DNA of 64,000 nucleotides from a virus (Duplodnaviria; Caudoviricetes): IMG/VR virus record IMGVR_UViG_3300033068_001019, positions 2,391 to 66,390 of that record; one strand, 5' to 3'. Shown piece by piece: positions 56,682 to 64,000 of this stretch (position 1 is its first letter; each line of letters starts with the position of its first letter). The notes under the pieces were generated by a model. It saw only the letters and a program-made list of their open reading frames with translations, ran no database searches and was not told where the DNA came from. The position numbers and the translations under genes were made by a program.

Positions 56682-57374
56682 TTATCCGAACCGCTCCTGC
56701 TGCATGAAGAACACGCGCTCGGCGTGCGCGCGACCGGTTCCGTGCGCAGGAAAGCCGATGACGGCTTTGCGGTGCGTCGCGCAGATCCCACAGTTGGCGC
56801 ACTTGATGTCCTTGCGCACCGAGGCCGGACACACGGCCACGAAGTTGCCTGCTGGCGTCAGCATCGGTTTCTTCGCGTCGATCGGCAGGATGGTGGCGAC
56901 AGGCCCAATATCCAGGGCCACGAGCTGGTCGGCGTGCGTGAGGTTGTTGGCTGACAGGTTGATCGTGAAGCCAGCCAGGTTTGCCTCGACGATGATTTGC
57001 CGGTTGTGCGCGTTGTCGATTACGTCGTAGTGGGTGTATGTGAAGCCGAGCTTGCCCTTGTTGGCGCGCACGATTTTCGTGACGCTGGCCCGGTCCAGAT
57101 CCACACCGTCGCCGGGGAGGTCGCCGGCTTGCCCATACCGCCAGAGCTGGTGCTTGGGCAGGCGCGCGATCTGGGCGCACATTTCCTCGAGCGTGCCGCC
57201 GCGCTCGCCTTCGTTGACCTTGCGCCAGTGGATGGCCAGGTTGCCGTAGTCGGGGTAACACTTATCGCGTAGCGGGCAGCTGACTGGGCAGGTGGATTTG
57301 CTGGAGGTTGTGACGGGGATCGGCCCGGTCTTGCTGTTGCCGCTGACGGGGGTGAAGTGGTAGTTGTGCTGCAT
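56682..57374 (-). CDS. Cys-rich DUF7227/gp88-like protein
   Basis: SGNSKTGPIP...TCPVSCPL..CY, LWRYGQAGDLPG, C-terminal CPA...CANCGIC. Confidence 0.7.
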   Translation of the reverse strand: MQHNYHFTPVSGNSKTGPIPVTTSSKSTCPVSCPLRDKCYPDYGNLAIHWRKVNEGERGGTLEEMCAQIARLPKHQLWRYGQAGDLPGDGVDLDRASVTKIVRANKGKLGFTYTHYDVIDNAHNRQIIVEANLAGFTINLSANNLTHADQLVALDIGPVATILPIDAKKPMLTPAGNFVAVCPASVRKDIKCANCGICATHRKAVIGFPAHGTGRAHAERVFFMQQERFG

Positions 57375-57394
57375 GCGGACTCCAGAAACGACGA

Positions 57395-57413
57395 AGCCCG
57401 CATGAAGCGGGCT
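57395..57413 (-). terminator. Stem-loop, possible terminator
   Basis: AGCCCGC-5 nt-GCGGGCT with a weak T tail. Confidence 0.4.
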
Positions 57414-57434
57414 GTCGGGTGAGAGTAGGAAGGC

Positions 57435-57737
57435 CTATTTGCTAGGGTCGGTTCCGCAGGAAGTTTTGAGCTTCTGCAGCAAAGCGGCGCGTTCCAGGTC
57501 GCGACTCTTTTGCCACCTAGCCATGCGGCTGTTCGCGATGCCGTCACAGCGTTCGGCGTGCTTGAGTTCGTACTCGATCATGCCGTCGAGCAGTTCGATC
57601 TCTCGCATGTCGAGGTGCTGTCGCCTGTTGCTGATGACGAGGGCGGCGAAGTGGACGATCAGGTCAGAGAACGACGCGATGTCACCCTCCGTGAACCCCG
57701 CCTTGCGTGCAATAGCAATGACTTCGTCACGGTTCAT
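57435..57737 (-). CDS. Hypothetical phage protein
   Basis: MNRDEVIAIARKAGF...FAALV, a common phage N-terminus. Confidence 0.7.
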   Translation of the reverse strand: MNRDEVIAIARKAGFTEGDIASFSDLIVHFAALVISNRRQHLDMREIELLDGMIEYELKHAERCDGIANSRMARWQKSRDLERAALLQKLKTSCGTDPSK

Positions 57738-57913
57738 TCGTCGTTCCCTCCATACTCCGCGATGATTTCGTCCGCCACGTCGTGAACATCGCGCCCGGTT
57801 TCGTAGTCTTCGCGGACCGAGTCCTTGTCCTGGAATTCTGTGCCGGTGCCGTCGAGCACGAGCATCGTCAGTGTGTCGAACCAGGTGTCGAAGTCGAAGT
57901 CGTCATTTGTCAT
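57734..57913 (-). CDS. Small acidic protein
   Basis: Start MTNDDFDF; overlaps its neighbours. Confidence 0.6.
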   Translation of the reverse strand: MTNDDFDFDTWFDTLTMLVLDGTGTEFQDKDSVREDYETGRDVHDVADEIIAEYGGNDE

Positions 57914-58145
57914 CTTGTTCTCCTGGCAGCTCTTCCGGTAGCTCGTATTCAGCGCCGCACTCCGGGCAGTAGATCCGCGTCGGTTCGAGGCCACCGCTGA
58001 GCTCCATGTCGCTGGTGTAGAGCCGCTTCCATGTTCCGTCTTGGAGCTTGAGCGGGCTGTACTGGGTGAAGTCTTCGGCCAGCATGAGGTCGTCGCAACC
58101 GCATTGGCAGAGACCGTCGGCTGGCATGGGGATCTTGTCGGTCAT
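57903..58145 (-). CDS. Zinc-ribbon protein
   Basis: CQCGC...CPEC. Confidence 0.7.
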   Translation of the reverse strand: MTDKIPMPADGLCQCGCDDLMLAEDFTQYSPLKLQDGTWKRLYTSDMELSGGLEPTRIYCPECGAEYELPEELPGEQDDK

Positions 58146-58159
58146 GGGGGTTCTCCAGT

Positions 58160-58417
58160 TCAGTACATGGCTGATGAGTTCTTCTGGATGTCGGCTTCCA
58201 GCTTGGCGATCTTGGCGCGCAGGCGCGCGTTCTCGGCAACGATGTCGTTGCCTTCGAAGAGCTGGTTGGCGTAGCGGGTGAGCTTGCGCTCGAGGTCGCG
58301 AGGGTTCATGCCAGACAGCTCGGCCGGGGTGAAGGCGACGACGGCAAACCCCGCGTTGACCAGCGCCTGCAGGCCCAGGACTTGCTGCTTGGTGATGGCG
58401 ACGTGGGTGCTGCTCAT
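58160..58417 (-). CDS. Hypothetical protein
   Basis: 85 aa with a C-terminal coiled coil. Confidence 0.65.
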   Translation of the reverse strand: MSSTHVAITKQQVLGLQALVNAGFAVVAFTPAELSGMNPRDLERKLTRYANQLFEGNDIVAENARLRAKIAKLEADIQKNSSAMY

Positions 58418-58611
58418 GTTGTTCTCCAGGCGAGGCCCGTCAAGCAGGCCAGGTCATCCGCCATGTCGGCGTAGGGCTGGTATTTGGTGGTCTGGTAGCA
58501 CCCGCCCAGGTATTCCTGGATGGGCGCCAGGTCGATGGTTGTGCCGTCCTCGAGCGTGGCAACGCCGTTCTCGATCGTGACGGTCTGGACACGGGAAAGG
58601 GTTTCGCTCAT
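58414..58611 (-). CDS. Hypothetical protein
   Basis: Start MSETLSR; ATGA overlaps. Confidence 0.6.
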   Translation of the reverse strand: MSETLSRVQTVTIENGVATLEDGTTIDLAPIQEYLGGCYQTTKYQPYADMADDLACLTGLAWRTT

Positions 58612-58817
58612 GATTTCTTCTTTTCGGTTTTGGCCTGGAGTTGAGCCGCACAAGGGCCGCAGACCTGATGTGCATGAAACTTGATCGCCCCGGATGAAGG
58701 CTTTTCTTCCCCGCACCAGAAGCACTTGATCGTGGCGTTCGGGCGCAGGTCAGCAAAGCCGTTGTGCGGCGGCTTTGCCTTCGCGGGTTTTTGTCTCGGC
58801 CGCCAGTCGGGAGCCAT
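58608..58817 (-). CDS. Zinc-finger protein
   Basis: CFWC...CGPC. Confidence 0.65.
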   Translation of the reverse strand: MAPDWRPRQKPAKAKPPHNGFADLRPNATIKCFWCGEEKPSSGAIKFHAHQVCGPCAAQLQAKTEKKKS

Positions 58818-58820
58818 GGG

Positions 58821-59084
58821 CTACTTCGCGGTCAGCCGTTCGATGGCCGCCGCGAAACTAGCGCCCCCGACGGACAGCAGATTCAGGAACGTGATGAGTT
58901 CTTCCTTCCTCGTGGGCACCTCGACTTCAGAGGTCTTGAGGTCCTTGCGTTTGGCGCCGCGGTCGATGAGCGTCTTGCGCGCGGCGGCCGAGTCGGTCTG
59001 GGAGCCAGCCCAGATGGCGTGCTTTTCGGGTTGGGTGCCATCCTCGGAGGTATCGATTTCGGCGGTGATCAGGTAGAGCTTCAT
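58821..59084 (-). CDS. Hypothetical protein
   Basis: 87 aa; EV.VPTRKEELITFLN. Confidence 0.7.
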   Translation of the reverse strand: MKLYLITAEIDTSEDGTQPEKHAIWAGSQTDSAAARKTLIDRGAKRKDLKTSEVEVPTRKEELITFLNLLSVGGASFAAAIERLTAK

Positions 59085-59749
59085 GCTGCAGCACTTTCAA
59101 GAATTTCGGTATAGAGAGAGTCGAGCTGAGCGAGTAGCTGCTCGGCGGTGAGGTCAGGCTCGGCTGACATGAGCCGGGTCAAGACTTTGTGGTCCTCGCC
59201 ATGCTTGCCCCAGACCTTGGCGTATTCGCCAATCTGGAAGCCGTTCTGGTGGCGGAAGATATTCAGGATGTTCTTGGCGAGGTACTGGCGATGCAGCTCG
59301 TCCCAACTCAGATTGAGCCGGTCCATCAACGTGATGAACGCAGTGATCGAGACGTACCCACCCGATGCCAGCCCGACCAGGGTCTGGATCAATCCGAGGA
59401 TGTCCTGCTTTTGCAGGTTCGCATAGCCATAGGCGCGCGGCACATAGAGCGCCGGGTTTCTGATGGCGTGCATCAGGTTGTTCGCAGCCTCATCCTGGTG
59501 TCCTTCGCAGGAGTCGAGTTCCTCGGAGAGGATGAGGTGCCAGAGATCGACCAACCCGAGTCGAGCCTTGTAGAGGTCTGGTTCGTGGGGTTTCCACCAT
59601 CGCCAGCTGATGTGCTCCATCATCCCGGCAGCCTCGACCATGATGGCCCGGTTCCAGTTGAATTGCTGCTCGTACCACTGTGGGTGGATGAGGCGGTTGA
59701 GCTGGTCCTGCAGGCGCAGGTGTTCACTGAGCTGTTCGTGCGTCAGCAT
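59081..59749 (-). CDS. dut: Dimeric dUTPase-like protein with degenerate metal site
   Basis: RAIMVEAAGMMEH..WRWWK...LGLVDLWH...YLAKNILNIFR...GEYAKVW..ED. Confidence 0.8.
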   Translation of the reverse strand: MLTHEQLSEHLRLQDQLNRLIHPQWYEQQFNWNRAIMVEAAGMMEHISWRWWKPHEPDLYKARLGLVDLWHLILSEELDSCEGHQDEAANNLMHAIRNPALYVPRAYGYANLQKQDILGLIQTLVGLASGGYVSITAFITLMDRLNLSWDELHRQYLAKNILNIFRHQNGFQIGEYAKVWGKHGEDHKVLTRLMSAEPDLTAEQLLAQLDSLYTEILESAAA

Positions 59750-59942
59750 GCAGGTTCTCCTTTGCTCGGTTACGCCTGGGCAGAGGCGCCCAGGCGAGGG
59801 CATCGGGGCCCCACATCCCAATGACGCAGACGCCATAGCGAGTGAGGATCAGACACTTGGTGGCCGGCGGGCAGGGCGGATCGCCGGCATCGGGGTAGCG
59901 GTAGTACGCATCGCCCGAGATGTGGGGGTAGGCGTCGGTCAC
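59724..59942 (-). CDS. Small hypothetical protein
   Basis: GTG start overlapping the ligase stop; C-terminal WAPLP. Confidence 0.55.
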   Translation of the reverse strand: MTDAYPHISGDAYYRYPDAGDPPCPPATKCLILTRYGVCVIGMWGPDALAWAPLPRRNRAKENLHADARTAQ

Positions 59943-60880
59943 AGGTCTGCTTTCAGTCGGTGGCTCAGGTAGATCGGCATCCGTGGCAGGTCTTTCACAC
60001 CGTGGGTCATGTGCTTGAACTTGACGATGTGGCCGACGATCTCGTGCGGGTTCTCGAAGTAGTGCTTGGCCTCGGCCACGGTCATTTCGCCAGGTGACAC
60101 GGTGATGGGCAGACCTTCGCGGAACAGCAGTTGGCTGGTCAGCGGGCAGTGGCAGTCGGCCAGCAGGGTTCCCTGGATCGAACCGATCTGGCCGTTCGGG
60201 ACCAGGCCTGCCTTGGCGCTGCTGCGCTCGGTGCGCCCCAACGTGTTCTTCTTGGCCTCGTTGGTGTTGGTCGTGCCCTCGGTGATGCCCGTCACGAGGA
60301 TTTCGGCGTCGCCCCAGGGCTTGACGCGCAGGAACTCCTGCCCTTTTTTCGTGGGGCGCCCCGGCTTGCAGGGCGCGAGCGGGCTGCGGATGATCGTGCC
60401 TTCGTAGCCGGCTTCGGCGAATTCGGCGATGAAGCGCTGCAGCTCTTTGGGTCCCCATACTTGGTACATCGGCACGAGATGGATGCGAGGGTGGTTCAGC
60501 TCTTCGATCTTCGCTTTCAGGAGCGAGTAGCGGCCCAGGTAGGGCAGGCTGGGGTCAGCCACGTAATCGAACACCCACCAGTGCAGGTCGGCCATTTCGG
60601 TCACGCCCTTGAAGCGGCCCATGGCGCCGGTAGTGCGGCTGCACAGCCGGTCGGTGCAGTTGGGCTTATTGCCCAGCGTCATCTCGCCGTCGAGATTGAC
60701 GAACTCCGGCTGGCTGAAGTAGTCGGTGATGCCGAAACCCTCGAAGGGGTCGAGGCTTCGCCCCGTGAGCGTGCCTTCCAAGTTCATGGATCGCACGCCG
60801 TCGATCTTCGGCAGCACGATGCAGGGAAAACGGATCTCGTCGAGGACGGCGTCGTGCGCTAATTGGGGCTTTAGGCTCAT
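59939..60880 (-). CDS. lig: ATP-dependent DNA ligase
   Basis: KIDGVR adenylation motif, LDGE, WWVFD, YEGTIIR, RVKP. Confidence 0.9.
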   Translation of the reverse strand: MSLKPQLAHDAVLDEIRFPCIVLPKIDGVRSMNLEGTLTGRSLDPFEGFGITDYFSQPEFVNLDGEMTLGNKPNCTDRLCSRTTGAMGRFKGVTEMADLHWWVFDYVADPSLPYLGRYSLLKAKIEELNHPRIHLVPMYQVWGPKELQRFIAEFAEAGYEGTIIRSPLAPCKPGRPTKKGQEFLRVKPWGDAEILVTGITEGTTNTNEAKKNTLGRTERSSAKAGLVPNGQIGSIQGTLLADCHCPLTSQLLFREGLPITVSPGEMTVAEAKHYFENPHEIVGHIVKFKHMTHGVKDLPRMPIYLSHRLKADL

Positions 60881-61140
60881 TTCTTCCTCTTTCTTTTTTG
60901 GGGTTGGGGTTCTGCAGCGTTTTTGATGCTGTCCATTACGAGCTTGAGCACGCGGTGAGCAAAAGCATCTCGGTTCTTGGCTCGATGAATTACGACCTTG
61001 AGCAAGTCGGTGGCGTTCTTGATCTTGTTGTCGGGGGTGGGCAAAACCCCCACCCTGACCCGGGCGGTCTGCATGTCGTAGATCTCGCAAACGATCCAGC
61101 CATAAGCGGCTGCCTTTGCTCGTTCTTCATCGTTTAGCAT
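60877..61140 (-). CDS. Hypothetical protein
   Basis: Start MLNDEER; overlaps the ligase start. Confidence 0.65.
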   Translation of the reverse strand: MLNDEERAKAAAYGWIVCEIYDMQTARVRVGVLPTPDNKIKNATDLLKVVIHRAKNRDAFAHRVLKLVMDSIKNAAEPQPQKRKRKK

Positions 61141-61168
61141 TTCGTTTGTCGATAGACGATGTGTGGCC

Positions 61169-61194
61169 AAAAAAAGCCCGCGCGAAGGCGGGCT
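61169..61194 (-). terminator. Intrinsic terminator
   Basis: AGCCCGC-CTTCGC-GCGGGCT followed by T6 on the minus strand. Confidence 0.8.
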
Positions 61195-61208
61195 CGCGAG
61201 GTTGTGGG

Positions 61209-61604
61209 TTACTTGGTCTTCTTGATGGAGATCGAGAACCCGGGCAGTTCGATGTGGAGAAAGTCCCCGTCTTCGGCGACATACAGGTTGGGGCGATCGG
61301 CGATCGTCTTGGGTTTGTAAATCTGGGCGCTTGCTGGTTCTCGCCATTCCGGCGTGCTCTTGTTGCGCCAGATGTAGGCCCACCGGGTGCGGCTCCGGCC
61401 GTTGCTGTCGGGCTCTGCTGCCACCCGGCTGACGAGGCCTTTGCGGAAAAGAACGCTCAGGTAGTCTGAAACGCGGTTGACGGAGGGAGCGACCGCACGG
61501 ATCTGTTCCATGTCGAACAGTTGGTTGCAGTCCAGCGGTGTTGTGGCCTCCTTCAGTGCAGCCTCGAGGGCTGGGTAGAGTTCGTTGTGGCCTTGGAATG
61601 TCAT
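61209..61604 (-). CDS. Winged-helix DNA-binding protein
   Basis: PLDCNQLF...SVNRVSDYLSVLFRKGLVSR...WAY. Confidence 0.6.
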   Translation of the reverse strand: MTFQGHNELYPALEAALKEATTPLDCNQLFDMEQIRAVAPSVNRVSDYLSVLFRKGLVSRVAAEPDSNGRSRTRWAYIWRNKSTPEWREPASAQIYKPKTIADRPNLYVAEDGDFLHIELPGFSISIKKTK

Positions 61605-61627
61605 GGTGGTCCCCTAGAAGAAACTGC

Positions 61628-62128
61628 TCACCCCTTCGGACGCGCGGTTCGTTTGGGGGAGGCAGCGATAGTAGCCAAGATTTTTGGTGGTTGTGGGGAC
61701 GCGGGGTTTGTTTTACCGCAAGTCACAACCATTATTGTCCTAGCTAACTCTTGTCGCGTTTTTAATGCTTGGCAAAATTGCTGTGCATCAATCGCGGTGT
61801 CCCAGGAAGTTCCTGGATACCAAACACCACCATTTTTGCTGCCGACGATCACGCCAACATTACGACCTTCGTTGTGGCGACTCTTTAACCATTCTTGTTG
61901 TAGGACTGAGATGGGGGGGTTCTTGCCGGTGGTTAGGTCGATGGGGGTGGTGCCCCGTGCGGGGATTTTGATGAATTTGTACTCGACCCAGAGGTCGTCT
62001 TCCGAACCGCTGTACCAGCAGTCGGCGATGCCGCCGTTGTACTGGTTGTGGTTCTTCATCCGGTAGAGATCCGGCGGCAGGTGCCTATGCACGCTACCGA
62101 TGAAGACGTTCTCCGGGCCGGTGCTCAT
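61628..62128 (-). CDS. VRR-NUC/Holliday-junction-resolvase-like nuclease
   Basis: GIADCW...WVEYK; LQQEWL. Confidence 0.75.
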   Translation of the reverse strand: MSTGPENVFIGSVHRHLPPDLYRMKNHNQYNGGIADCWYSGSEDDLWVEYKFIKIPARGTTPIDLTTGKNPPISVLQQEWLKSRHNEGRNVGVIVGSKNGGVWYPGTSWDTAIDAQQFCQALKTRQELARTIMVVTCGKTNPASPQPPKILATIAASPKRTARPKG

Positions 62129-62130
62129 GG

Positions 62131-62607
62131 TCAGCCGGCGGTGCGCGAGCGCATCAGTTCTTGCAGGTCGCGGCGGATGGCTTCTTCCACGACTTGCTTG
62201 AAGGCGGCCAGTGCCGGGTCGTTGCTTTCGGCTTCATCCATATCGACGAAGAACGAAGTCACGGCCCCCTTGTGAGCCTTGCCGCAGATCAAGCAAGTGG
62301 GGTGCTCGGCCTTGGCGTCGGTTGCCGTTGTGTGGTTGACCTTGGGCTCTTCCGAGACGGATGCATCCTGGATGGACGCGTTCCGGTCGTTTTCCAGGCG
62401 GTGGTTGACCAGGCGGGCATGGCCGGCGATCATCGCCCACGGTTCGGCGTAACCCGGGTCGCTGTGGAGGACCTGCGTGATCTCGCGGGCGATCACTTCC
62501 AGGGCTTCTTTCTGGTCGTCCTGGAGGCTGGCCCAGCCGGGGGTCTTGGCCATCACCCGTTTCAGGTTTTGGGTGATGTGGGCTTGGGAGGAGAATTCGA
62601 AGCTCAT
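62131..62607 (-). CDS. DUF6378-like protein
   Basis: QNLKRVM...W..L...QKEALEVI...DP.Y...W..IAGHARLV. Confidence 0.65.
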   Translation of the reverse strand: MSFEFSSQAHITQNLKRVMAKTPGWASLQDDQKEALEVIAREITQVLHSDPGYAEPWAMIAGHARLVNHRLENDRNASIQDASVSEEPKVNHTTATDAKAEHPTCLICGKAHKGAVTSFFVDMDEAESNDPALAAFKQVVEEAIRRDLQELMRSRTAG

Positions 62608-62609
62608 GG

Positions 62610-63179
62610 TCAGGTCTTTGCTTTGGTGGTCTTGGTGGGGGTCAGCCCGAAGAGGGCCGAGTGGATAGCCTGCACGGTCTGCGCTTGCTGGTAGGCGTCG
62701 CTCAACGCGTTGTGCTTGACGCCCTTGGCGGGGAGGCGGATGTTCTTGGCGCCGGGCAGGTTCTTGTAGGTGCGGAAGCACCGGGAGTTCCAGTATTTCC
62801 AGGGTGTCTCGACCCCGATCTGGCGGTAGGCGTGGGCCAACATGGGTAGATCGAAGTCCGCACCGTTGCTCCACACGGTATAGCTGTCGTCACCGATCCA
62901 GTCGCTCAGTTCGATCAGGGCTTCGGACAGCACCGTCTTTTCTTCATGGAAGACCTGCTGCGCGGCGGCGTCTTGCTTCAGCCACCACAACAGGGTGTCT
63001 TCCTGGATACGGCGGCCGTAGTCGAGGTTGCTTTCGATGTTGATCGAGGCGTAGAAGCCGGAGTCGTCGATGCGATCCGATTCCAAGTCGAACTTGACCG
63101 CACCCACCGACAAGATGACGGCATCTGCCGCTGTCCCCAAGGTCTCCAGATCGAGCATGATGTGTTGCATTTTTTGCAT
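62610..63179 (-). CDS. DEDDh 3'-5' exonuclease (Rv2179c/DUF5051-like)
   Basis: MLDLETLG, WSNGADFD, RCFRT, HNALSDA. Confidence 0.9.
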   Translation of the reverse strand: MQKMQHIMLDLETLGTAADAVILSVGAVKFDLESDRIDDSGFYASINIESNLDYGRRIQEDTLLWWLKQDAAAQQVFHEEKTVLSEALIELSDWIGDDSYTVWSNGADFDLPMLAHAYRQIGVETPWKYWNSRCFRTYKNLPGAKNIRLPAKGVKHNALSDAYQQAQTVQAIHSALFGLTPTKTTKAKT

Positions 63180-63269
63180 CCCTTATATCCCCTGTGTGTG
63201 ACATCCGACGAACGGCGCGACTCTATCATGGGTGAACGAGCCGCGCATTCTCCTAGTAGGAGCCGCTGT

Positions 63270-63575
63270 TCAGGCGGTTGCGGTTTCGCTCGGCTCCAGC
63301 GCGTCCAGCTTGGCCTTGATCTTGGCGCGGCCGGCGTCGGCTTTGGCCGCGGCTTTCGCGGCTTTGGCAGCAGCGGCGTCGGCGACTTTCTGCGCTGCGC
63401 TCACCAGCTTGTCGGCCTGCTTCTTCGCCTCGGCCAGCGACTTTTCGGCGGCCTTCTGGTCATTGGTGAACTTGGCCTGTTCGGCGTTGATGTTCTTGAT
63501 CAGCGCGTTGAGGTCCTTCTTCTTGGCCGCGATTTCGGCCTTGGTCAGGGTCAGGGTTTTTGCAGTGCGTGCCAT
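63270..63575 (-). CDS. Ala/Lys-rich histone-like helical protein
   Basis: 101 aa with AAAKAAKAAAK; AAGGA RBS. Confidence 0.7.
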   Translation of the reverse strand: MARTAKTLTLTKAEIAAKKKDLNALIKNINAEQAKFTNDQKAAEKSLAEAKKQADKLVSAAQKVADAAAAKAAKAAAKADAGRAKIKAKLDALEPSETATA

Positions 63576-63677
63576 GGTAGTTCCTTAGTTGGCGGACGAA
63601 AAATGGCCGGTTGGCCGGGGTGAAAAAACTGGGGATTTCCTAGTTGACACCGGCTAGGAGGCCGGCGTCGACACGGA

Positions 63678-64000
63678 TCAGCGACGTGCGCCAGCGGTCT
63701 TGCGTGCGACCGGGCGGCCGACCGGTTTGGCCGGCGCGGCTTGACCGAAGCTGGACACGTCGGGTTCGACTTCGAGTAGTGCCTTGGCCTCGGCCTGACG
63801 TGGGAAGTGCGCGGCCAGGTTCTCGTTCGGGCGCGGGTTGCTGAAGGTCAGCGAGGCGAAGGTCTCGTTGGGGTTGAGGTCGACCTCGACCACCACGGCG
63901 ATCGGCGGCATCTCGTAGGAGCGGTTCACGCCGTTGACGAAGGCGTCGAAGCCCTTGATGGCGGTGGGCGACGCGTTCAGCAGCCAGATCGGGGTCGACT
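63678..64000 (-). CDS. C-terminal part of a probable ssDNA-binding protein (truncated by the window)
   Basis: LNASPTAIKGFDAFV...PPIAVVVEV...LTFSNPRP; the frame is open to the window edge. Confidence 0.5.
   Translation of the reverse strand, partial: STPIWLLNASPTAIKGFDAFVNGVNRSYEMPPIAVVVEVDLNPNETFASLTFSNPRPNENLAAHFPRQAEAKALLEVEPDVSSFGQAAPAKPVGRPVARKTAGARR

Overview
The window is almost all of a high-GC podovirus-like phage genome, probably from a Beta/Gammaproteobacterial host; both ends fall inside genes (PolA on the left, a putative SSB on the right). Minus-strand arms (1-19.8 kb and 53.9-64 kb) carry replication, nucleotide and accessory genes: PolA, SNF2 helicase, primase-helicase, ligase, nucleases and a MoxR/vWA pair. 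The plus-strand arm (20.2-53.6 kb) carries terminase, portal, scaffold, an N4-gp56-type capsid, lysis genes, tail genes and a 2763-aa internal virion protein. No integrase is visible, but a parA-RHH-rep module with palindromic repeats suggests a phage-plasmid. Most notable: (1) a type IV major pilin gene flanked by a duplicated 45-bp terminator/promoter/operator unit, next to a cluster of putative nucleotide-signal sponges (Acb4-like, Tad2-like) inside the head module; (2) SLOG, NADAR and HExxH domains inside the giant virion protein; (3) two inverted origin-like elements with identical 79-nt spacing; (4) a parS-like TACG array copied into a tail gene; (5) an 18-bp TCGTT operator-like motif at most operon starts; (6) a dimeric dUTPase that has lost two metal ligands. 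All family assignments come from motif recognition by eye and memory; no database searches were run.
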